A stretch of 64,000 nt of DNA from Arenicellales bacterium (lineage in GTDB: Bacteria; Pseudomonadota; Gammaproteobacteria; Arenicellales; JAHEKD01): contig JANQSD010000013.1 of NCBI GenBank assembly GCA_028284225.1, forward strand, positions 136,422 through 200,421, in the 5' to 3' direction. Below the pieces are notes generated by a model that was not told where the DNA came from, made no database searches, and was given only the letters and a program-made list of their open reading frames with translations. Below are positions 55,811 to 64,000 of this stretch, in pieces (the first letter of the stretch is position 1; the number at the start of each line of letters is the position of its first letter). The position numbers were made by a program, and so were the translations under genes.

Positions 55811-57421
55811 TTATAAATTGGGAAAGGCTCTGTCTATAAATGCTGCAGTTTGAGCGTTTGTTAAATTATCATTGGGACAGAATTTTTTTGGTAAAGAAGT
55901 AGTGCAACCTCCAATAATACCATCATTGTAGAGTCTTTCTACATATCCAGCCCAAGGATGATCGATCAAGTCAGAAAAAACACCAACCGAAGTAGGTGCC
56001 GAAGTGATTCCATACTTTACCCTATATAAGAAAAGAGCCCAATGTAACCTAGAAACCGTTGTATACGGACAATACTTTCCGCCTCCACAACCACCTGTTA
56101 TGCCATCGCGTTTTAGTTGCTCAATCCAAGAAGCAAGCGGGAGTGTTTTAGGCACATCTGAAAATACATTACCTGTGGCTGGAGGAGGAGTAAAATACCT
56201 ACCATGCTTAGCTCTAACTAGATAAACAGCCATATAATCTCTACGTGTAGAATTTTCAGGCAGGAAAATTCGAGGGCTGCTACCATGCCCATTCATAACA
56301 TTTTTTCGATCTAAATTATTTATGCTATTTCTTGCCCAATGATTATACGGCACATCATCAAAAGATGGCCAAACTGTTTGAACATAATGAGTGTTGTACC
56401 AATATCGAATTGAAAATGCTGCACCAAGTGTGATTAAGTTATTTTGATGTGTAAAAATTCTTTCACGTTTTATGATTTCTTTAGGGGAAGCATTTAGACA
56501 ACACCCTTCATTATTGGGAATGGGATTTGCGGGATGGTTGGGGTGCTTGGTGAAATGTTCAATATTAACTCGAACTGTTGACACATTTGTAGTATTTCTA
56601 ACAGGGTATAATATGTTCTTTATGTAATTTATCGTATCAGTTGTAGTAAGGCGTTTATAATTGACCTTGTCAATATATTGATTTTTAGTTTCACAACTTT
56701 TCCCGGTCTCGCTGTTAGGATCATCCTTTGCAATGCATCTATATTTCCATGTCCCACCAAGACCGTCTTGCAAATCAATCTTTCGAATTTTGTTTGCTGA
56801 CAGAAATGTGTTTATAAGGCCATTTTTAATTTGTGTTCTAGCCGATGGGTTCAGTTCTCCATACGGTTTTTTTATCCAAGGAGAGATCATAATTTCAGCA
56901 TTTTTAACTGCTGTTAAATCATTAGAAAGCTTTGTATAAATCTGTTTCACATTATTCTGGTAGGTACTATTGCCCATATGTTCTAATCCAAATTCTTGGG
57001 TGATATACCAACCAAATTTAGCTCCCAAATATCCATATTCATTATGTATGTAATTTGCAACTGCCTTATGCTTCTCATAATTAGGCCTGGAAGAGTTATC
57101 ATATAGATGAATATTGGATTCAAGAATGGTTCCGAAGTAAATTTTTTTGAAACAATAAAACAATGGTTCGATTTTTGCATCTACTTCAGAATAATATTGG
57201 CTAAAATTATTCCCTTCGAGTTTCGCGTGATTAACGACTACTAGATCTTGGTATTTATTGGTACTGCATTTACTTTTCAGTTTGTTAATTCCTGCTTTAG
57301 CCATAGTATTTAGTGGCGTGGTGATCATAATGCTTTTTATTGAACTGCCAGTCACAAAAGCATGGCTATATTGAATAAACCCCAAAAACAATACTACAAT
57401 GGAAATTAATATTCTGATCAT
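55811..57421 (-). CDS. Secreted protein with an unknown (possibly glycoside-hydrolase-like) N-terminal domain and three C-terminal SLH-like repeats
   Basis: 536 aa with signal peptide 'ILISIVVLFLGFIQYSHA'. Three repeats start FDDVPYNHWA..., FSDVPKTLPLASWIEQLKRDGITGGC...YCP... and FSDLIDHPWAGYVERLYNDGIIGGC...FCP.... All fit the S-layer-homology pattern. Confidence 0.6.
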   Translation of the reverse strand: MIRILISIVVLFLGFIQYSHAFVTGSSIKSIMITTPLNTMAKAGINKLKSKCSTNKYQDLVVVNHAKLEGNNFSQYYSEVDAKIEPLFYCFKKIYFGTILESNIHLYDNSSRPNYEKHKAVANYIHNEYGYLGAKFGWYITQEFGLEHMGNSTYQNNVKQIYTKLSNDLTAVKNAEIMISPWIKKPYGELNPSARTQIKNGLINTFLSANKIRKIDLQDGLGGTWKYRCIAKDDPNSETGKSCETKNQYIDKVNYKRLTTTDTINYIKNILYPVRNTTNVSTVRVNIEHFTKHPNHPANPIPNNEGCCLNASPKEIIKRERIFTHQNNLITLGAAFSIRYWYNTHYVQTVWPSFDDVPYNHWARNSINNLDRKNVMNGHGSSPRIFLPENSTRRDYMAVYLVRAKHGRYFTPPPATGNVFSDVPKTLPLASWIEQLKRDGITGGCGGGKYCPYTTVSRLHWALFLYRVKYGITSAPTSVGVFSDLIDHPWAGYVERLYNDGIIGGCTTSLPKKFCPNDNLTNAQTAAFIDRAFPNL

Positions 57422-57548
57422 ATTTTACCTCTTGCCTGTAATTAAAAAAGCAGAATTATATCTTATATTTTCTTCATGCCTAATGTGTTTCTGAAATTTA
57501 GTATTAACCGGTGGTGCATTTAGGCTTAAATATCTATTTAATCGATAA

Positions 57549-57966
57549 TTATTGTTCTGTCTTAGTGGAAATTCCGGAGGAATTATCCGCAATCCAGATC
57601 ATATTTGGCATTTCTCCTGGATTCCGTATCAGCATGGAATGACCGGAGTTAAAAAATCGGTGATTCCCATAAGACTAATTCTCTAAATGCACTACGGGTT
57701 AGCGTTATTTTCACTTAGAATCTTACGTTTGCTAATCGATTTAATTGCAATCTGCACTAAGGCCAGTAATTTCCTTTATTTTAAGGTCAACACTCTCACC
57801 ATCAATCAAGATGCAGATAGTTGACTCTAGATTAGAAAGAATATAACCGAATTTTGATTAAGTTCTGTGTTTTGGATTTTTTAAGAATTGCATTCCAATA
57901 TGACAAATTCTAAAAGCATGAATATTGTCCTGTAATTTGATGAAATTTATGATAGATTGCGCTTCC
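57549..57966 (-). pseudogene. Decayed alpha/beta-hydrolase gene remnant
   Basis: Manual minus-strand translation gives four fragments in different frames separated by stops. They are 'EAQSIINFIKLQDNIHAFRICHIGMQFLKNPKHRT*' (degenerate nucleophile elbow), 'ILIDGESVDLKIKEITGLSADCN*', '..SENNANP*' and 'YGNHRFFNSGHSMLIRNPGEMPNMIWIAD...*' (catalytic-His region). Confidence 0.4.
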
Positions 57967-58118
57967 TTAATCCCATAGTTACTTTGCATAATTAAGGGGA
58001 ATTTATGGGGTATGTTTTATATAATCACAATAATGTATTTATATAGAACAATATCTTGGGTGCTTGAGCATATATAACTCTCACCTACCATTAACTATAG
58101 TTTAATTATTCAGTATTA

Positions 58119-60032
58119 ATGCCTGCAATTACCTTACCAGATGGCTCGGTACGCGAGTTTGATCAGCCCGTGCGAGTGGCCGATGTTGCTGCTGCGATTG
58201 GTCCCGGCTTGGCCAAAGCCGCTCTGGGGGGTATTGCTAATGGTAAACAGGTCGATATTAGTTATCTGATTGATGATGATATAGAACTGAGTATTATCAC
58301 GGCCAAAGACCAAAAGGGTCTTGAGATCATTCGCCACTCAACTGCGCACTTAATGGCGCAAGCGGTCAAGCAACTTTACCCTGATGCCCAAGTCACTATC
58401 GGGCCGGTCGTTGAAAACGGTTTTTACTACGATTTTGCTTACCCACCGGGATTTAGTGAAGATGATTTTGGCAAAATCGAACAGCGCATGAGCGAATTGG
58501 TTAAACAGGATATTCCTGTTGAGCGTTTCGTGCTGAATCGTGAACAAGCCAAAGATCTAGTAACACAACGGGGTGAATCGTATAAAGTTGAATTAATCGA
58601 TGATATTCCCGAAGACGAAGAAATCTCGTTTTACCGACAGGATGATTTCACCGATTTATGCCGCGGCACTCATGTGCCATCAACCGGGCACTTGAAAGCC
58701 TTCAAATTAATGAAGGTCGCCGGTGCTTATTGGCGCGGCGATGCCGATAATGAAATGCTGCAACGCATTTACGGTACTGCCTGGGCCTCAAAAAAAGACC
58801 TGGATGCTTATTTATTTCAACTTGAAGAAGCTGAAAAACGCGATCATCGCAAACTTGGTAAAGCCATGGATTTATTCCATTTCCAAGAGCAAGCACCGGG
58901 CATGGTCTTCTGGCACGAAAAAGGCTGGACAATAAACCGTGTTATTCGCAACTATATACGCGCACGCCTGGAAAAAACCGGGTATAAAGAAATCAATACT
59001 CCTCAATTAGTAGATCGTTCTCTTTGGGAACAATCCGGTCACTGGGACAAATTCGGGGACGACATGTTTACATCCTCATCGGAGAATCGTGATTATGCAA
59101 TCAAGCCGATGAATTGCCCTTGCCATGTACAAGTATTTAATCAAGGTCTAAAAAGCTACCGTGATTTACCGCTACGATTAGCTGAGTTTGGCTCCTGTCA
59201 CCGTAATGAACCCTCAGGCACATTGCATGGACTTATGCGAGTACGTGGATTTGTCCAGGATGATGCTCATATTTTTTGTACTGAAGACCAAATCCAGGAT
59301 GAAGTATCAGACTTCAATGATTTGTTGTATAGCATTTATAAAGATTTTGGCTTTGAAAATATAGAACTGGCACTGTCAACCCGGCCTGAGAAGCGTGTGG
59401 GTGGTGATCAAGCCTGGGATCAGGCTGAGTCGGCTCTGGAAGCCGCACTGAACAAAACCGGTCATCCTTGGACACTGAATCCGGGTGAAGGTGCATTTTA
59501 TGGCCCCAAAATAGAATATTCACTACGGGATAGCCTGGGCCGTGTCTGGCAATGCGGCACTATGCAAGTTGATTTCCAATTACCTGACCGGCTTGAAGCC
59601 AGTTATATTGCCGAAGACGGTAGTAAGCAGATCCCTGTTATGTTGCATCGGGCAATACTGGGTTCGATGGAGCGTTTTATTGGTATTCTGATTGAACATT
59701 ACGCCGGTAAACTACCTACCTGGTTAGCGCCAACCCAGGCTGTTTTACTAACGATTACTGGCAAACATGACGAATATGCACAAAAATTGGAAAAAATCCT
59801 GAAAAATCAGCATATTCGGGCCGAATCCGACTTGAGAAACGAGAAAATCGGCTTTAAAATCCGCGAACATACTTTGGCGCGTGTACCCTACTTGCTGGTT
59901 ATAGGCGACAAAGAAATGGAAAATAATACCGTTTCAGTTCGAACCCGTGATGGCGAGGACAAAGGGGTATTTGCTATAGATACTTTAATCACTGAATTGA
60001 AAAAAGAAATGATTTTTTCAAACGTGATTTGA
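58119..60032 (+). CDS. thrS: Threonyl-tRNA synthetase
   Basis: 637 aa. '[34 protein letters not shown]' parallels the E. coli ThrS N-terminus. Class-II motifs are present. Confidence 0.97.
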   Translation: MPAITLPDGSVREFDQPVRVADVAAAIGPGLAKAALGGIANGKQVDISYLIDDDIELSIITAKDQKGLEIIRHSTAHLMAQAVKQLYPDAQVTIGPVVENGFYYDFAYPPGFSEDDFGKIEQRMSELVKQDIPVERFVLNREQAKDLVTQRGESYKVELIDDIPEDEEISFYRQDDFTDLCRGTHVPSTGHLKAFKLMKVAGAYWRGDADNEMLQRIYGTAWASKKDLDAYLFQLEEAEKRDHRKLGKAMDLFHFQEQAPGMVFWHEKGWTINRVIRNYIRARLEKTGYKEINTPQLVDRSLWEQSGHWDKFGDDMFTSSSENRDYAIKPMNCPCHVQVFNQGLKSYRDLPLRLAEFGSCHRNEPSGTLHGLMRVRGFVQDDAHIFCTEDQIQDEVSDFNDLLYSIYKDFGFENIELALSTRPEKRVGGDQAWDQAESALEAALNKTGHPWTLNPGEGAFYGPKIEYSLRDSLGRVWQCGTMQVDFQLPDRLEASYIAEDGSKQIPVMLHRAILGSMERFIGILIEHYAGKLPTWLAPTQAVLLTITGKHDEYAQKLEKILKNQHIRAESDLRNEKIGFKIREHTLARVPYLLVIGDKEMENNTVSVRTRDGEDKGVFAIDTLITELKKEMIFSNVI

Positions 60033-60059
60033 TTTTTTTAATTATTTGGAGGACTTAGC

Positions 60060-60578
60060 ATAGTCAAAGAAAAGGATACGCGTGTCAATGATGATATCGA
60101 TGCAGGCGAGGTTCGCTTGATTGATGATGAAGGCACGCAAGTTGGGGTTGTCTCATTGGTCAGGGCCAAAGAGCTGGCGGAAGAAGCAGGCTTGGATTTA
60201 GTGGAAATCGCCCCCAATGCACAGCCGCCTGTATGTAAAATAATGGATTATGGCAAGTATCTTTATGGTCAGAGCAAGAAAAAGCAGGAAGCTAAGAAAA
60301 AGCAAAAACAGATAACGGTTAAGGAAGTTAAATTTAGACCGGTTACCGATATCGGTGACTATAAGGTCAAAGTTAACCGCCTGACTCAGTTTTTGAATGA
60401 AGGCAATAAGACCAAAGTTACTATGCGTTTTAGAGGGCGAGAGATGGCATTTCCCGAACAGGGAATGGATATGCTTAAACGTGTTGCAGCAGACCTGGAT
60501 GAAATCAGTGATGTTGAACAACACCCAAAAATGGAAGGTCGCCAGATGGTGATGGTTCTGGCACCTAAGAAAACTTAA
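60060..60578 (+). CDS. infC: Translation initiation factor IF-3, probably initiated at a non-canonical ATA codon
   Basis: The conserved IF-3 N-terminal segment '[13 protein letters not shown]' lies upstream of the TTG at 60117 used in the ORF track. No ATG, GTG or TTG occurs in frame between the stop at 60039-60041 and that segment. ATA at 60060 lies 7 nt after GGAGG (60048-60052). Confidence 0.85.
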   Translation: MVKEKDTRVNDDIDAGEVRLIDDEGTQVGVVSLVRAKELAEEAGLDLVEIAPNAQPPVCKIMDYGKYLYGQSKKKQEAKKKQKQITVKEVKFRPVTDIGDYKVKVNRLTQFLNEGNKTKVTMRFRGREMAFPEQGMDMLKRVAADLDEISDVEQHPKMEGRQMVMVLAPKKT

Positions 60579-60599
60579 AGAGATACAAAGGCTAAAATT

Positions 60600-60797
60600 A
60601 TGCCCAAGATTAAAACCAACAGCGGCGCTGCCAAGCGTTTTAAAAAGACCGGCAGCGGGCGGTTCAAGCGTAGCCAATCGCATTTGAACCACATTTTGAC
60701 GAAAAAATCGACAAAGCGTAAACGCCATTTGCGTGCAGATGCAGTGGTCGACGAAGCCGATCACACGATGATCGCACGCTTGTTGCCTTATTCTTAA
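60600..60797 (+). CDS. rpmI: 50S ribosomal protein L35
   Basis: 65 aa. '[37 protein letters not shown]'. Confidence 0.95.
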   Translation: MPKIKTNSGAAKRFKKTGSGRFKRSQSHLNHILTKKSTKRKRHLRADAVVDEADHTMIARLLPYS

Positions 60798-60809
60798 GGA
60801 GAAAATCAT

Positions 60810-62287
<1,478 letters not shown>

Positions 62288-62299
62288 AGGTAGAGAGTT

Positions 62300-64000
62300 A
62301 TGTTATTTAGTGAAAATTGGTTGCGAGAATGGACTAATCCGCAAATCATATCCCAGGAACTGGCTAACACCTTAACCATGGCTGGATTAGAAGTTGATAG
62401 CGTTGAAAAGCAAACCGCTGAATTCTCCAAGGTTGTGGTTGGTGAAATCCTTGAGATTAAACCTCATCCTGACTCCAAAAAACTATCATTATGCCGTGTT
62501 GGCTACAGTAAAACCAAAACCGTTAATGTGGTCTGCGGTGCCCAAAATATAGCCGTTACCATGAAAGTACCATTGGCCATGGTGGGTGCAAAATTGCCTA
62601 ATGGCCTGATTATCAAGCAGACAGAAATCCGGGGCTGTACATCACAGGGTATGCTGTGTTCGGCGGCAGAATTAGGGTTGTCTGAAAAGTCAGAAGGAAT
62701 TATGCAGCTTGATCCGCTGGCAAAGCTGGGAACCTCTGTAGCCACCCATCTGAATTTGAACGACAATATCGTTGAACTTGAATTAACACCTAACCGGGGA
62801 GATTGTTTAAGCATTGCAGGCATTGCCAGAGAGGTCGCCGCATTAACCAATACCAAACTTAAACCGGCAAAAATTCCCCCGGTTGCTGCAACCAGTAAAA
62901 TACGAATCCCGATCAAAATTGAAAATTACCAGGGTTGTCCGCGTTATGTCGGCCGGGTAATTGAAAATATTAACCCACAAGCAATCACGCCTGACTGGAT
63001 GAAAGAAAAGCTCAGGCGCTGCGGCGTCAGGCCGATCAGTGCAGTGGTCGACATTACTAACTATGTCATGCTGGAACTTGGGCAACCCATGCATGCGTTT
63101 GATTTAAAAAATATCGATACCGGCATTATTGTGCGCAATGCCCAAAAGAATGAAAAACTAACATTACTCGATGAGCGACAACTTAAACTTAAATCCGATG
63201 ATTTATTAATCTGTGATCATTCGGGGCCCGTTGCATTAGCAGGTATTATGGGCGGCCTGGGTTCAGGCATCAATGATCAGACACAATCTGTTTTGTTGGA
63301 ATCGGCTTATTTTGCCCAATCTGAAATCATAGGTAAAGCCAGGCGCATCAGCATGCAAACAGACGCGTCTTACCGCTTTGAACGTGGTGTCGACCCGTTA
63401 GGACAACAAAAAGCTGTTGAACGTGCAACTGCCTTATTGCTTGAAATCTGCGGTGGCAGAGCCGGACCGGTACTGGAAGCTGTAAATAAAAAATTTATAC
63501 CTGCAAAAGCACCAATCAAGGTTCGTTATCAACGAATCAATAAAGTACTCGGGGTTGACGTTAAACCGGCTAAAGTGACTCAATACCTTAACCGACTAGG
63601 ATGCAAAGTTGAGCAATTAAAAAATTCGGTTAAAGCCATTCCCCCCAGTTACCGCTTTGACTTGGAAAAGGAATATGACCTGGTAGAAGAAGTGGCCCGA
63701 CTTTATGGATACAACAACATTCCCGAGGCTCCACCGGCAGCCACAATCACCAGCACCGCAACTAGCGAATCAATCATTGCTTTGAATCGTTTTCGTAACT
63801 TGATGATAGACCGGGGCTATCATGAAGCGATTACGTATAGTTTTGTAGATCCAACATTACAAAAGAAATTCCACCAAAATAAAAACTCAGCAGAGCATGT
63901 AATAGAACTCAAAAATCCTATCGCCGAAAATTTATCGCAAATGCGCTTGTCATTGACCCCAGGTCTATTGCAGGCATTAGCAAATAATTATCATCGTCAA
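62300..64000 (+). CDS. pheT: Phenylalanyl-tRNA synthetase beta subunit, N-terminal 567 codons; 3' end lies outside the window
   Basis: ATG at 62300 gives 'MLFSENWLREWTNPQI...LTMAGLEVDSVE', matching the PheT N-terminus. The frame is open to the window end. It is absent from the ORF track because it has no stop in the window. Confidence 0.9.
   Translation, partial: MLFSENWLREWTNPQIISQELANTLTMAGLEVDSVEKQTAEFSKVVVGEILEIKPHPDSKKLSLCRVGYSKTKTVNVVCGAQNIAVTMKVPLAMVGAKLPNGLIIKQTEIRGCTSQGMLCSAAELGLSEKSEGIMQLDPLAKLGTSVATHLNLNDNIVELELTPNRGDCLSIAGIAREVAALTNTKLKPAKIPPVAATSKIRIPIKIENYQGCPRYVGRVIENINPQAITPDWMKEKLRRCGVRPISAVVDITNYVMLELGQPMHAFDLKNIDTGIIVRNAQKNEKLTLLDERQLKLKSDDLLICDHSGPVALAGIMGGLGSGINDQTQSVLLESAYFAQSEIIGKARRISMQTDASYRFERGVDPLGQQKAVERATALLLEICGGRAGPVLEAVNKKFIPAKAPIKVRYQRINKVLGVDVKPAKVTQYLNRLGCKVEQLKNSVKAIPPSYRFDLEKEYDLVEEVARLYGYNNIPEAPPAATITSTATSESIIALNRFRNLMIDRGYHEAITYSFVDPTLQKKFHQNKNSAEHVIELKNPIAENLSQMRLSLTPGLLQALANNYHRQ

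Noticed and set aside
55648-58118. Intact integrative element at tRNA-Val
   Set aside because: No integrase, excisionase or transposase ORF is present. I could not find a direct repeat of the tRNA 3' end by eye. At most this is an eroded remnant.
62503-63094. 137-aa and 83-aa minus-strand ORFs
   Set aside because: They are antisense to the pheT coding frame, which is open from 62300 to the window end and matches PheT.

Overview
64-kb chromosomal segment of a moderately AT-rich, apparently marine-type gammaproteobacterium. GC content was judged by eye only. Housekeeping anchors are scpB-rluB on the left, gltX, mltF and tRNA-Val(GAC) in the middle, and thrS-infC-rpmI-rplT-pheS-pheT on the right. 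Between them the window is dominated by methylated-amine, polyamine and acetate catabolism. (1) An FMN riboswitch controls a type-II lumazine synthase (RibH2-like). (2) A TetR-controlled 7-gene operon (5.7-15.2 kb) encodes a trimethylamine-dehydrogenase-family flavoprotein, two translationally coupled PYROXD2/CrtI-like flavoproteins, a stand-alone GcvT-like protein, a class-III aminotransferase, a Rieske oxygenase and a rhodanese. It converges on a second Rieske oxygenase plus a PotFGHI-type diamine ABC importer and sits next to ETF-ubiquinone oxidoreductase. (3) A CrbS/CrbR-type acetate-switch module comprises an SSS symporter with a DUF4212 subunit, acs, and a conserved DUF294 nucleotidyltransferase/DEDDh exonuclease pair of unknown role. 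(4) GT2, gltX and a dimethylglycine-dehydrogenase-like gene are tightly packed. (5) A LysR-flanked minus-strand cluster holds a BCCT transporter, an unusual membrane-anchored double substrate-binding protein and Usp. It is followed by an operon of a non-pyrrolysine MttB-family methyltransferase, a DAO-type flavoprotein, a D-aminoacylase and a D-amino-acid aminotransferase. (6) A small AT-rich islet lies downstream of tRNA-Val, with an SLH-domain protein and a decayed alpha/beta-hydrolase. I saw no CRISPR array, transposase, integrase, phage gene or rRNA. The best candidates for undescribed biology are three: the coupled PYROXD2-like/PYROXD2-like/GcvT-like trio inside the amine cluster, the BCCT-associated double SBP, and the corrinoid-partner-less MttB operon with D-amino-acid enzymes.
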